From IMG/VR virus record IMGVR_UViG_3300045911_000113, positions 1 to 55,470 of that record: a stretch of DNA of 55,470 nucleotides, one strand, 5' to 3'. Both the position numbers and the translations under genes were made by a program. This document shows, in pieces, positions 8,112 through 18,325 of this stretch. The notes beneath the pieces were generated by a model. It made no database searches, was not told the origin of the DNA, and saw nothing but the letters and a program-made list of their open reading frames with translations. Each line of letters begins with the position of its first letter. Position 1 is the first letter of the stretch. Origin of the DNA: a virus (Duplodnaviria; Caudoviricetes).

Positions 8112-10172
8112 TTATCTCCTTTTTATTTTCATCTTTGCGTCGTTTTGACATGGGTTGCCATTTCTAATATTCGCGCGCGTGGCCGGCACCGTGAACGCAT
8201 TAAGTTCTTGGTTCGGCATTTTATTACCATCAGGTAAATCTTTTAAATTTTTATAGAATTTGAACTTTGACGCACTTAGTTTTGATAATCCGTCCGCAAT
8301 ATGAATTGCACCATTTTTCTTATAAACGTGCGTAGAATAATTTTGAAAGTTTACCATTTTATTGTGTACAGCATCTGTGGCATACCCCAACACACTCCAT
8401 AGTTGCCACGATTCGGCATTAGCTGGATTGGTATTAAGTGGCGCTGCTAATTCAGGTGCCGCAACGGGCGATCCGTTGGGACCACAAATTGGTGGTTTGC
8501 CGGTACTCAATAATTTTACAATGTCTTTTGTTTCAATATTTCTATCCAATCCATAGTAATCAGCAATAATGTCTTTATAGTTTTCGACAAATGAAAATAT
8601 TTGTGTTTTGGAATCTCGGAATGGTTGTGATTCTGTCTTACTGAATAAACTTTTTCTAAGTTGAGACACAGCCAATAGATCGCTTTTTACATTAGTATAT
8701 TTTTTACCACTATAATCGGTATAAAATTCTGTTTCTTCATACTTGGTATAATTCGAACTTGCACTGCCTTCGCCTAGCTTAGTAGATACAGAAATTTGAT
8801 CAAGATCAAACTCGGGCTCAATATCTTCTGTATCTACCAATACAAAACTAATTTTATTAGCCAATTCTATGGGATTTTTGGTTGGAGTATCACTGCCCAA
8901 TCCAATCATGTCTACTAACTTGTATGAATCATCTGCGGGAATAATAACTTCACCTTTAGTGTGTACTTGGTGAATGGCCGAGAAAATTTCTGACACATAG
9001 GGTAACGCGGCTGACATTTCCGGTGGTGCATTATTAATGAATTTGGCATACGATTTAAAAAGATCTTTCACGTCCTTTGCATAAAAGATATCATTAACAA
9101 TAGCTCTGAGCATTTGAAAGTCATCATCATTTGTTGTATTATTACGAATGGCATTTATTAGTGCTGTAGTAATTTGCCTTGCGCCTTCAGTACCAGTAAA
9201 CCGGTATGCAGGTAAATCTTGAATTTGTTTGAGTTTTTCAATTTTATGTTGATGTATCTTTATTGAAGATTCTGCAATATTACGTGCTTCTTTTAATTGT
9301 TCCGCCGTTGCGTTTGGATGATTTTTACGAGCTTCTTCCATAACAAGGTCAATAAAATTCTGGGGATATTTTATTTCATAGAATACACTACTACCAATTT
9401 TTACTCCACCGTCAAATCCTTCGGCTGAGATGAGTTGTACGGCGTCTTTGCCAAATAGATTTGTGGCTTTAAACGCTTCTTTACCCTTCTTTTTGCTAAC
9501 TGCGGAAGCATCAAGATCTTTAGCTGGAATGTCTACACCTAAATCACGGATTGCTTTTGCTACCAAACGACCGAATTCTCGCCCGGCCGGACTTTCACCG
9601 AATGGCTTGCGCTCGGCATCTCCGGAAGTAGCTTTTCCCATAATTGTACCAACATACAACTTGTTGTTATTAAACATCATATTGTACGTGTCTTGCAAGT
9701 ATTGTGCGGAAGCCTTGGTTGGATTCTGGAGAAACTTCAAAAATATCGGATCTTTACGGAGCGGATGATTTTTGGGACCAGGCACCTTGTCAATGTTTAT
9801 ATTGATAGCTTGTACCTTTCCGGCGTTAGTCTTTGCGGTTGGCTGGACGGTCGGGGTCGGTTTAGCTGCTTTGGCTGCTAACCGTGATGCCGGCTTCTTC
9901 GTTGGTGTTACCTGCGCATCATAATCCCTTGCAGCTTGTTGTTTTTCTTTTGCTGTGAGCGGAACAATCTTTCCATCAACGGATTTGTGGGTAGCTGGAA
10001 CCTTACCACGCTTGCCTTTAGGACCGTAGTATATGTTTCCGTAGTGTTCAAGACCCTGCGATGCGGCTGCTCTACTTAAACGCAAATTTGATGCCGGTGC
10101 CTCGGTTAGAGACTCGGACAACAATAGAAATTTATTGACAAAATTTACGATTTTCTTTGAGCGTACAAACAT
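8112..10172 (-). CDS. large hypothetical protein, likely virion-internal; possible PD-(D/E)xK-like domain
   Basis: LLLSESLTEA leader, motif shared with 6059..6820, K/P/A-rich linker, KLVD...ISVSTK.G.G.ASS segment. Confidence 0.6.
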   Translation of the reverse strand: MFVRSKKIVNFVNKFLLLSESLTEAPASNLRLSRAAASQGLEHYGNIYYGPKGKRGKVPATHKSVDGKIVPLTAKEKQQAARDYDAQVTPTKKPASRLAAKAAKPTPTVQPTAKTNAGKVQAININIDKVPGPKNHPLRKDPIFLKFLQNPTKASAQYLQDTYNMMFNNNKLYVGTIMGKATSGDAERKPFGESPAGREFGRLVAKAIRDLGVDIPAKDLDASAVSKKKGKEAFKATNLFGKDAVQLISAEGFDGGVKIGSSVFYEIKYPQNFIDLVMEEARKNHPNATAEQLKEARNIAESSIKIHQHKIEKLKQIQDLPAYRFTGTEGARQITTALINAIRNNTTNDDDFQMLRAIVNDIFYAKDVKDLFKSYAKFINNAPPEMSAALPYVSEIFSAIHQVHTKGEVIIPADDSYKLVDMIGLGSDTPTKNPIELANKISFVLVDTEDIEPEFDLDQISVSTKLGEGSASSNYTKYEETEFYTDYSGKKYTNVKSDLLAVSQLRKSLFSKTESQPFRDSKTQIFSFVENYKDIIADYYGLDRNIETKDIVKLLSTGKPPICGPNGSPVAAPELAAPLNTNPANAESWQLWSVLGYATDAVHNKMVNFQNYSTHVYKKNGAIHIADGLSKLSASKFKFYKNLKDLPDGNKMPNQELNAFTVPATRANIRNGNPCQNDAKMKIKRR

Positions 10173-10181
10173 AAGATCACC

Positions 10182-10229
10182 AAAAAAAGAACCCCCGATA
10201 TCCACCATCATAAATAGTAGATATCGGGG
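10182..10229 (-). terminator. intrinsic terminator with promoter motif inside the stem-loop
   Basis: CCCCGATATCTACTAT/ATGGTGGATATCGGGG stem followed by GTTCTTTTTTT on minus strand. Confidence 0.75.
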
Positions 10230-10251
10230 ACTCTGTTGCGAAAATCAAAGT

Positions 10252-10428
10252 TTATCGTGTATACTTTGATTCATGCACCTTTTGGGATTCTCGACGAATT
10301 CGTCCCTCTTGACGACGTTTCTGGGATTGTTCGTCTATACCTTTCACTGCTTTTGGTCGATGTTTGATACGTTCAAAAGAACTTACTTCGTCTTGCCAAT
10401 CATCATCGAGATATTCTAAGCCGCGCAT
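10252..10428 (-). CDS. small hypothetical protein
   Basis: MRGLEYLDDDWQDEVSSFERIK..., GGAG RBS. Confidence 0.6.
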   Translation of the reverse strand: MRGLEYLDDDWQDEVSSFERIKHRPKAVKGIDEQSQKRRQEGRIRRESQKVHESKYTR

Positions 10429-10441
10429 TTTTGCTCCGTTA

Positions 10442-10801
10442 TTATACGGTTGGAGGAGGTGGAGTTTTCTTCTTGAGGCCGGCCGCACGTAAGCCCACTG
10501 CGGCAGTTGCGGTCAATACGACATTGACGGTATCTGGGTTCCAATCAAGTGGATTATCTGGCAGTTGGAGGCCGAGAAAGGTTTCAACCTTGACGACCAA
10601 AAATGCCAAAACCGCGATAATGGCGAGCTTCACTACTTCTGGCAGCTTTGCCACCAATTCAGAACCGCGTTCGAGTAACTTTACTACGCTGCCGACAAGA
10701 GCGCCAACACCAAGAGACACTAAGTAAAAAACAAGTTCTACACCTGTTGTTGGGGTCGGGATTGCCGGAACTGTATCGGCAACTACCTGTAATAATAACA
10801 T
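10442..10801 (-). CDS. small membrane protein, putative holin
   Basis: 2-3 hydrophobic helices, basic C-terminus, near amidase. Confidence 0.55.
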   Translation of the reverse strand: MLLLQVVADTVPAIPTPTTGVELVFYLVSLGVGALVGSVVKLLERGSELVAKLPEVVKLAIIAVLAFLVVKVETFLGLQLPDNPLDWNPDTVNVVLTATAAVGLRAAGLKKKTPPPPTV

Positions 10802-10847
10802 TGAAAATCTCCTCGGGAAGTGACTGAACCAACTACTCTTATAAATA

Positions 10848-11585
10848 TCAGTTTACTGTTACAAAACTACGATCCAACGATATAATAGTAGGTAATTCAG
10901 TTACACTCTTCAAGCGATATCTTGGCAAATGATATTGGTTCTCATACGCCCAAGTCCCTGTGGCATCTTCAATGAGAATATTGTTGATACCCAGCATTTG
11001 AGCCGAACGAATATCATCTCGTAAACTATCCCCAATGACCACGGTTTCGCTTGCGAGTAGTTCGTGATCGTTCAAGATTTGAGCGAGTTCTGCCGGAGTC
11101 TTTTGTGGATTTATATAAATCTTGTCATGATCAAAAATATTGTCAAGACCATTGTTCACGATTTTCCGCATTTGTATTGTGTAATCACCTTTAGTCAAGA
11201 TGAACATATTAAATCCAGCCGATTTATATGCGTGTAGTGTGTCTATTACACCATCGAATAAATCGTATGGTTCATTGAATACACTATCGCCAATGAACCA
11301 ACTGCGTTCTGCGGCTTCGTCATCTATGGGATTACCCATCATGATGTCAAGTGTAGCACTTGCGGCGGCAAAAGCTCGAGGAAAACGATTCTTGCTGAAC
11401 CCTTCCGGAGTTTCCGTGAATATGACATCAATACTTTTAAGCAAATTGAGACAGAATTGTTCTGTGTGACCCGTGCGTTCGAATTGATATTTCGCAAATT
11501 CGTTCTGCTTTTGTTTGTAAAAGATTGAACAATTACAAATAGTATTATCGAGATCAAAAATCAAATTCTTTGTTCTGGTTAACAT
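10848..11585 (-). CDS. HAD-family hydrolase
   Basis: FDLDNT, LTKGD, IGDSLRDDI. Confidence 0.88.
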   Translation of the reverse strand: MLTRTKNLIFDLDNTICNCSIFYKQKQNEFAKYQFERTGHTEQFCLNLLKSIDVIFTETPEGFSKNRFPRAFAAASATLDIMMGNPIDDEAAERSWFIGDSVFNEPYDLFDGVIDTLHAYKSAGFNMFILTKGDYTIQMRKIVNNGLDNIFDHDKIYINPQKTPAELAQILNDHELLASETVVIGDSLRDDIRSAQMLGINNILIEDATGTWAYENQYHLPRYRLKSVTELPTIISLDRSFVTVN

Positions 11586-11586
11586 A

Positions 11587-12135
11587 TCAGTTTACATTCG
11601 TATCAAGAAACCGACGAATCTGCGATTCTAGGTCTTGATCGGGGTCGTTGTTTATGAAGAAGTCAAATTTAGTATATGTGTCCAGAGCCGTTTCACTGAT
11701 GTGTAATCGAGCCTCTACAGTCAGAGAATTATTTTCTGAACGGGTGGGAGCAATAACACGAATGACTTGACCTCCGAAGCGGCTTTGAATGAATTCGACT
11801 TCATTTGGAAATCTACAATCGGTTATGCAAAACTTGTTTATGCCCCAAGTTTTTGAAAGATGGTGCATCCATGTTGCAGCAGTTTCTAACCAAACATTTT
11901 CTCCATATATGTTACGGCCTTGTTCAGTTCCATTAATTTGTAATGCTTTACGTACATGAGGCGGTTTTGTATGAAACACTTCATCATAAGTTGCTTGACC
12001 CTTACCCACAGTCCAAATTTTGAAGTGATCGGCCAACGCCCAACGATGATACCCCCGTGGTCGCAGGTAATTCTCATAGATGTAATCTTTACCAGAACCC
12101 GCTTTTCCGCTTAATGCAATAACCTCAATATCCAT
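11587..12135 (-). CDS. deoxynucleoside monophosphate kinase (T4 gp1-like)
   Basis: SGKAGSGKD, LQ..GTE.GR, ITDCRFPNE, HISE; start at MDIEVIAL after AAGGAG. Confidence 0.85.
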   Translation of the reverse strand: MDIEVIALSGKAGSGKDYIYENYLRPRGYHRWALADHFKIWTVGKGQATYDEVFHTKPPHVRKALQINGTEQGRNIYGENVWLETAATWMHHLSKTWGINKFCITDCRFPNEVEFIQSRFGGQVIRVIAPTRSENNSLTVEARLHISETALDTYTKFDFFINNDPDQDLESQIRRFLDTNVN

Positions 12136-12161
12136 GCGTATCTCCTTAGAGTTCAATATGA

Positions 12162-12190
12162 ACGGTAATGCCACGCATAATTTTTGTCAA
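12162..12190 (-). promoter_or_regulatory. sigma70-type promoter TTGACA-N17-TACCGT
   Basis: consensus -35 and 17-nt spacer. Confidence 0.55.
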
Positions 12191-12226
12191 CCCCAATTTT
12201 CTTTGAACAAATGTGTATATAAATCT

Positions 12227-13054
12227 TTATATACCTTTTCCGATGCCCCGATAATTACCATCGGGAAGCTTTCGGTTGGTACCAGGTTGATTGTGTGGGA
12301 GAAAGCCCCATTTCCACTCAAATTCGTTAAAGGCTTGAGATTCCCTATCCCTAAATTGTTGTGATTCTGCATTTTTTCTGGTGGCTACAGATCCAAAGTG
12401 ATAAAGTCGGAGTGCTCGGGTGCGTGGAAATCGAAAGTCAAGTAACTCATACTTTAACATGTGATCCCAATCACACACATTAGGACTGTTGTAGAATGTA
12501 TCAAATCCGCCCACCGCCATATAATAACGTTTGGCTACCACGAATGGAAAAATATGACCGTCTTCGGCTGTGGGTTGGTCGCCTTGTCGCGCCAATTCAA
12601 TTTCCAGAAAACGTTCATAGTCGAATGTTTGTAGGTCTTGACCGATATCCACTACTGGGAAATGAAACATACCTGGTCCTGTGGGTTCTATTTGATCCAC
12701 CGTCAATACAAATCGGTCGCCATATGTCTCGGTGACTTCCCGAATCTGTTCTTGCAGGCGACGGTCCCACTCCGTAGGAAACACATTATCATCATTAACA
12801 ATGAATACAAATGGGTTACTTGCTTGCATGACACCGGCATTCAAGGCAAATTGCATACCTCTGTTTGCGCCAAGATCAAGATACAATATTTCGCTATACT
12901 TCTCTAATACTTCACGACTTTCTTCAAAGAAGCCATCAACAACAACAAGAATTTCGGTTTCTGGATCTTTGCTATTCTCCACCGCAGATCGCAAACACAA
13001 ATCAAGATACTTGGGGTTACGATATGATGGAATGATTACGCTAACATTATTCAT
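12227..13054 (-). CDS. glycosyltransferase family 2
   Basis: SVIIPSY, VVVDG, IVNDD, VGGFD. Confidence 0.85.
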   Translation of the reverse strand: MNNVSVIIPSYRNPKYLDLCLRSAVENSKDPETEILVVVDGFFEESREVLEKYSEILYLDLGANRGMQFALNAGVMQASNPFVFIVNDDNVFPTEWDRRLQEQIREVTETYGDRFVLTVDQIEPTGPGMFHFPVVDIGQDLQTFDYERFLEIELARQGDQPTAEDGHIFPFVVAKRYYMAVGGFDTFYNSPNVCDWDHMLKYELLDFRFPRTRALRLYHFGSVATRKNAESQQFRDRESQAFNEFEWKWGFLPHNQPGTNRKLPDGNYRGIGKGI

Positions 13055-13056
13055 AT

Positions 13057-13458
13057 TTAATGACCGAGTCGTTTTACGAGTTCTGATCTAGGTACCCACT
13101 CCAATTTTATTTTATACCCTTGTCTTAGCATGTCATTCATTTTTTTAATTGCTTGTTCATAAAGATAAACAAGTCTTTTATTTTTAACTTTCCATTTTCC
13201 CGTAACCTGCGACACCACAAGTTGACTGTCCATTCTAATTGTCGCTTGTTTGTGTTGATGTTCTTTCAAAAAGCTGAGACATTCGACGAATGCCAAATAT
13301 TCGGCCTCATTGTTGGTAGTAAAGTTACCTGTTTCGCTAATACGCTTTGCTACAACCGGCCGGCTATGATTTTCGTCATAGACCGACCAGTAAATACCGG
13401 CGAACGTTTTACCGTTCTGTCCCAGTGTTCCGCCATCGGCGTAGAGTATTTGTGTCAT
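13057..13458 (-). CDS. ribonuclease HI
   Basis: LYADGG, TNNEAEY, DSQLVV.QV.GKWKV, WVPR; start at MTQILYADG. Confidence 0.85.
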   Translation of the reverse strand: MTQILYADGGTLGQNGKTFAGIYWSVYDENHSRPVVAKRISETGNFTTNNEAEYLAFVECLSFLKEHQHKQATIRMDSQLVVSQVTGKWKVKNKRLVYLYEQAIKKMNDMLRQGYKIKLEWVPRSELVKRLGH

Positions 13459-13505
13459 AATCAAGTCTTGCGTATAGTTCTTGAATTCGTTGTTCGCTCT
13501 GAAGA

Positions 13506-14540
13506 TTACACATGAACTGGCATCTTCCAGTATCCATCTTTGAGTGCCGCTGGCTTCCAATATTCATAGAGTCCTTTGTCTAATTCATATTCTTTCCAAA
13601 TAAAGCGTTCGCGCTTGGGTTGTGTTTTTGCCCACTCCCACATATTTTTTATGCCTTCGTATATATCGGTCTTGTGTTCAAATCCAAGAATCTCCACCGA
13701 CTTCTGATATGTTGGGTATGCGTGTCGCACTTCGTGCCGAGGCGGCAAGTGAATGATATTCACGCCAGACAATTCCTTTACGATTTCAGCAACTTCTAAA
13801 ATTGTAGTCTCTTTGATACCACCGAGATTGATGATTTGTCTACTAGCTTTGGCATCAATTCCCGCAATCCAAAGTGGTTCCAAACTATCGGTCATTTCAC
13901 TAAATGCCCGTGTTTGCAATCCATCGCCGTATACAGTGATTGGATCGCCCACCAATCCTTTGTAAATAGCTATGCCGCCGAAGTTCCGATAACTATCCCA
14001 AATGTTTTGATTGCGGCCATAAACATTGTGCGGACGAATGATGCACCAGTCAAGCCCGTGTTGTTCTCCTGCAATCTCAATATCGCGTTCCGCTGCCGCT
14101 TTAGCTACGCCATATGGGTCCACAGGATTACGCATCATATCTTCGTTGAATGGTGGGGTACTGTCTCCATATACAGCCATACTGGAAGTGAACACAAGTC
14201 GCTTGACACCATACTTGATGGACGCATTGATAATACTGGCAGTGCCTACCAAGTTATTGATATAGTTGAATCTACGAATGAACGGACTTACACACTCGGC
14301 AGCATATGCAGCAAAATGATACACGATATCAATTTCATTTGTTTCAAAGATTCTATCAATACTCTCGGGCTTATTTGCGATGTCATACCTGTAAAATATG
14401 ACACCTTCCGGTACATTCTCAGCATATCCACCAGAGAGATCGTCTACTCCAATCACGGTGACACCTGGTTTATTTTTGAGAATGTATTCGGCTAGTCGTG
14501 AACCTATCAATCCTGCGCAACCTGTGATCAATACCTTCAT
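13506..14540 (-). CDS. NAD-dependent nucleotide-sugar epimerase/dehydratase
   Basis: GCAGLIG, TSSMAVYG, YGVAK (YxxxK), RPHNVYG. Confidence 0.9.
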   Translation of the reverse strand: MKVLITGCAGLIGSRLAEYILKNKPGVTVIGVDDLSGGYAENVPEGVIFYRYDIANKPESIDRIFETNEIDIVYHFAAYAAECVSPFIRRFNYINNLVGTASIINASIKYGVKRLVFTSSMAVYGDSTPPFNEDMMRNPVDPYGVAKAAAERDIEIAGEQHGLDWCIIRPHNVYGRNQNIWDSYRNFGGIAIYKGLVGDPITVYGDGLQTRAFSEMTDSLEPLWIAGIDAKASRQIINLGGIKETTILEVAEIVKELSGVNIIHLPPRHEVRHAYPTYQKSVEILGFEHKTDIYEGIKNMWEWAKTQPKRERFIWKEYELDKGLYEYWKPAALKDGYWKMPVHV

Positions 14541-14590
14541 ATGTTCCTCCAACAAAAGTTTCATTATAAATAGAAGTTCAATACCAAGTA

Positions 14591-14806
14591 TTAACCATGA
14601 AGAATTTTCTTTCCTGCAATGTGTGGAGGAATTTCTGTTTTAGGAGATTGATCTGATAAAAGTTTACGAAGTTCTTCATTCTCTTCAGTAAATTTCTTGT
14701 TTACTTCTTTCAACAACTTAATTTCAATTCGGTTCAAGATAAGTAGAACCACGACATAGATCGCGATGCACGATAGTATAATTTTAGCAAAAAGATTCAC
14801 AGTCAA
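14591..14806 (-). CDS. small membrane-anchored coiled-coil protein
   Basis: N-terminal TM helix; promoter TTGACT-N17-TATCTT at 14830-14858. Confidence 0.55.
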   Translation of the reverse strand: MTVNLFAKIILSCIAIYVVVLLILNRIEIKLLKEVNKKFTEENEELRKLLSDQSPKTEIPPHIAGKKILHG

Positions 14807-14878
14807 TTCTCCGTAGTATAATTTTATTAAAGATAATAGACCCTCTCAACAAAGTCAAGAGGGGATAAAATGATATTT

Positions 14879-15877
14879 TTATACGTGAACCAAATTATTC
14901 ACAAATGTTTGTGTAGTCGATACCCAACTAAATTTTTCTGCTGATCTAACCACGGCTTCCCGATCCAGTTGCATGGCAGGTCTGATATAATCCCCCAGCC
15001 GTTCCGTGGGATGGACCAAATATCCATTGACACCATGTTCTATGATATCCGGCGCAGCGCCGGTGTGGTAAGCAATGACAGGTGCGCCCGACGCGAGTGC
15101 TTCTAACATTACAATACCGAAGGTATCTGATAAGGACGGAAATACAAATACCGATGCTTGATGATATTCTGCAATGAGTGCATCACCACACTTTTTACCG
15201 ACGAATTTTGTATTGTTGTGTGTTCTTTCATCGAGGTCAATTAATTTTAATAAATGTGGACCATCACCTACTAGATGCTTTTTCATTCCTTCGGGTGGAA
15301 CTATCCGGATGAATTCATCCAGATTCTTTTCTTTCGATACGCGACTCACACACAAAATAGTATTTCGTATAGTAAACTGTGTTTTGCGGAATTTATTGTG
15401 ATCTACTCCACGACCCCACACCACGGTATTACAATCAAGATGGTTTTGTGCATCTCGACTGGGAACTAACACCACTGATGCGGGGCCGTGAAACCAATTC
15501 AAATATTTTCTAATGTGGTCTGGTGCGACACCCCACCACATATTTGCATATGATGCAAAATCGGTATGATACGAAGTAGTAAACTGTAATCCGCGTTGTA
15601 AGCAATATCTTCTTGCAGCAATACCCAATGGACCCTCGGTAGCAATATGAATATGCGTAGGATCAACACGACAAAATAGTTCCGGAAATTTCCACAAGTT
15701 TAATGATATGGAAATTTCTTTGTAAAATGGCAACCGAATGCAACGAAAGTTCTGAGGAGAAATGATGTGAACTTCCCATTTCATGTGTTCCATTTCGCGG
15801 ATAGTGTTCTGAAATGTAGTAACCACGCCATTTACTTGGGGTTCCCACGCATCAGTAACCAGTAATAATTTGTTCAT
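14879..15877 (-). CDS. glycosyltransferase family 4, Agt-like (diacylglycerol glycosyltransferase type)
   Basis: LVTDAWEPQVNGVV, IHIATEGPLG, FTTSYHT, DTFGIVMLEALASG. Confidence 0.8.
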   Translation of the reverse strand: MNKLLLVTDAWEPQVNGVVTTFQNTIREMEHMKWEVHIISPQNFRCIRLPFYKEISISLNLWKFPELFCRVDPTHIHIATEGPLGIAARRYCLQRGLQFTTSYHTDFASYANMWWGVAPDHIRKYLNWFHGPASVVLVPSRDAQNHLDCNTVVWGRGVDHNKFRKTQFTIRNTILCVSRVSKEKNLDEFIRIVPPEGMKKHLVGDGPHLLKLIDLDERTHNNTKFVGKKCGDALIAEYHQASVFVFPSLSDTFGIVMLEALASGAPVIAYHTGAAPDIIEHGVNGYLVHPTERLGDYIRPAMQLDREAVVRSAEKFSWVSTTQTFVNNLVHV

Positions 15878-15930
15878 AATTTTGTCCAATGGATATTCTC
15901 ATACGACATCGGTTGTGGAGTTCGAAATTC

Positions 15931-16677
15931 TTACTTAGTCCAAACAGACGCGAAATTGTAATTACCATATAAACAAGTCAATCCCGATTGCCGTAAGTTG
16001 TTATGAACTGCTTGGATATCACAGTTGTAATGCATCGGCATATCATCGGTGTGTCCCGATAAATCAACGATCATATACAGCAATCCACCCACATTCAACG
16101 CATTTGCTAATTTCGTTCCATAAGAAATTTGCTTATCGGGAGGCAAGTGCTCCCATACAGCATCAGTAAATAGCATATCATATGTTTGTTTGAATTCGAA
16201 ATTCTCTTGAGGAATTATATGCATCGTAATGGGTAATTCGTATTTTTTGATACGCCACCGAGCAAACTCGGTAATGTAACTTTCAATATCAATATAATGC
16301 ACTTCCACATCAGGACGAAGTTTTGTAATGATATCGCAAAACACGCCCGTCCCGGCGCCAAAATCAGCAAAGGTTTTACCTGGATGTTGATGTATATTTT
16401 TTAGTCCATTGGGTATAAACTTATTAATTTTATTGGCCAGCCCTTGTAAATTTGAATTGGCTGTCAAGATATCATAAATATATGTTTTCGAATCGCTATA
16501 AAACCGTTCCAATGATTCATGTGATTTTACATCCACGGCATTAAGAGATCTATGCATTCGCATTTTATCAGAGATTTCCCACAACTCTTCACCGCTGAAT
16601 TCAGCAAAATCTTTTACAACACTACAATTAATTGTTAGCATCGGTTCTGGTTTAAAATTGAAAAAATCATATTCCAT
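15931..16677 (-). CDS. class I SAM-dependent methyltransferase
   Basis: ADFGAGTG, DAVWEHLP, LNVGG. Confidence 0.8.
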   Translation of the reverse strand: MEYDFFNFKPEPMLTINCSVVKDFAEFSGEELWEISDKMRMHRSLNAVDVKSHESLERFYSDSKTYIYDILTANSNLQGLANKINKFIPNGLKNIHQHPGKTFADFGAGTGVFCDIITKLRPDVEVHYIDIESYITEFARWRIKKYELPITMHIIPQENFEFKQTYDMLFTDAVWEHLPPDKQISYGTKLANALNVGGLLYMIVDLSGHTDDMPMHYNCDIQAVHNNLRQSGLTCLYGNYNFASVWTK

Positions 16678-17600
16678 TATAACGCCTCGATTCTGTCGAT
16701 AATTTGTTGACATAATTCTTCATCGTTTAAATAGGGGTTGAGATCTACGTGATTCACGCCGGTATACTCATAGAATCGTGGCCCCAGTTGCGGTTCAGGT
16801 AAAACTTTACGAATTACTCCGTTTGGTCCATAGAGTTGCCATACAAATGCACTGTCTAATATTGTGGGACATCTCACACCATAAGCAATATTAGCCAATC
16901 CACCTTCGGCCCCTACAAATGCGTTGGAATTTTTTATAATTGCAGCATCAATTTCCAGAGAATTAATATTTTGGATGCTTAGGCTATCATATTGATTTAC
17001 TCCGTCTGGTAATCCTACGGGAATAACACAGAATTGTTCCGATAAAGTATCTATAATCTTTGGTATATTTCTGAGTCGTCCGCCATAACCTTTATAGGGT
17101 ACATCTATCCCTCTCCAATATTCCTCTTCGGTAAAACTGAACGCTTTGGACTGCCAATTAGACATCACGGTAATAATAGGCGTTGTAGGTGAATACGACT
17201 CATTTCGTAAATTTATCATTTGTTCCAATACCATATCGTTAATTTCTGGTCTTATATAGGTTGTAAAACCGGCATCTAATGTTTTACAGCCCGCCATACG
17301 TTTTACTTGTAATGGTGGTGGTTCAGTGAAATCAAATGTTCCCAATCTAATAATAGCGTCGTATCTATCATTAATATTTTTTATGTTATAAGTCGGAGTG
17401 GGGCCGGGCGTATTTGACACATACACGTTTCTTATGAATGGATTATTATTCATCAATTGTTGCATTTGGGGAAATCCTATGACAAAATCCACATATTCAT
17501 ATTGTCCGTCAAGCACGAATCGTTCGGCTATACTAGAAGCAAATAGTATATCCCCGAAAAATCCATGAGTAACTACTAGAACCGATTTAGTATTAACCAT
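16677..17600 (-). CDS. GT-B glycosyltransferase, GT9-like
   Basis: HGFFGDILFASS, NNPFI, FVGAEGGLANIA. Confidence 0.6.
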   Translation of the reverse strand: MVNTKSVLVVTHGFFGDILFASSIAERFVLDGQYEYVDFVIGFPQMQQLMNNNPFIRNVYVSNTPGPTPTYNIKNINDRYDAIIRLGTFDFTEPPPLQVKRMAGCKTLDAGFTTYIRPEINDMVLEQMINLRNESYSPTTPIITVMSNWQSKAFSFTEEEYWRGIDVPYKGYGGRLRNIPKIIDTLSEQFCVIPVGLPDGVNQYDSLSIQNINSLEIDAAIIKNSNAFVGAEGGLANIAYGVRCPTILDSAFVWQLYGPNGVIRKVLPEPQLGPRFYEYTGVNHVDLNPYLNDEELCQQIIDRIEAL

Positions 17601-17614
17601 TTTTTTCTACTAAT

Positions 17615-18283
17615 CTATGATTGTCGAATAATTTGATATGGAATATGAATGAGATTCATTGGTATATTTCTTTCCATCATATGATGATAAAGTAAAATCT
17701 CATCACAGAACGGTATATTTCTATTATACAAATTATCCATATTGTTGTATAAATCACCATAGTGCGACATTACTTTGGAATTTCCAAATCCAAATTGATC
17801 ATTGATGCTATTGTCGTGGGGAGAATCATCGGGACAATTAAGCGCAGAGAGTTCAAAATCTACAACTTCAACAGGTATTTGTATGCCCCAATCAAAACGA
17901 ATACGAATAATACAGTCATATTGATACGGCAAAGCTAAATTTATAGATTCGAAAACCGAATATCGTTGACTAATACTATTTTCAGGTTTTATACCTGGAT
18001 ATTTTCTCTCTTCATACCGAGAGCCATCAAAATGTTTTTGTGGCTCAAAAATATATTTTTTAGGATTATATAAATCCAATATGATTTGATCAATATTTTG
18101 TGGAATTATGTTGCTGGCAATGAAATTACCCGAGTTAATGAACGGTTTTCCCACAATATCTTCACTGATCCACGAATGAATGAAAACATCTGCATTATTT
18201 GGTTCAATTAGATTTTCGTAAATATATGGGTATGTGTATTGGACATTACGCGGTTGTCCACTAATACATAAAGCTACTTTCAT
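17615..18283 (-). CDS. hypothetical glycan-related protein (MKVALCISGQPR family)
   Basis: ALCISGQPR, VFIHSW, YD.IIR.RFD, NDQF pattern seen in viral glycan clusters. Confidence 0.6.
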   Translation of the reverse strand: MKVALCISGQPRNVQYTYPYIYENLIEPNNADVFIHSWISEDIVGKPFINSGNFIASNIIPQNIDQIILDLYNPKKYIFEPQKHFDGSRYEERKYPGIKPENSISQRYSVFESINLALPYQYDCIIRIRFDWGIQIPVEVVDFELSALNCPDDSPHDNSINDQFGFGNSKVMSHYGDLYNNMDNLYNRNIPFCDEILLYHHMMERNIPMNLIHIPYQIIRQS

Positions 18284-18325
18284 GGTCTGATAATCTTATA
18301 TGGAATGTTATTTGGCTTATATCGT

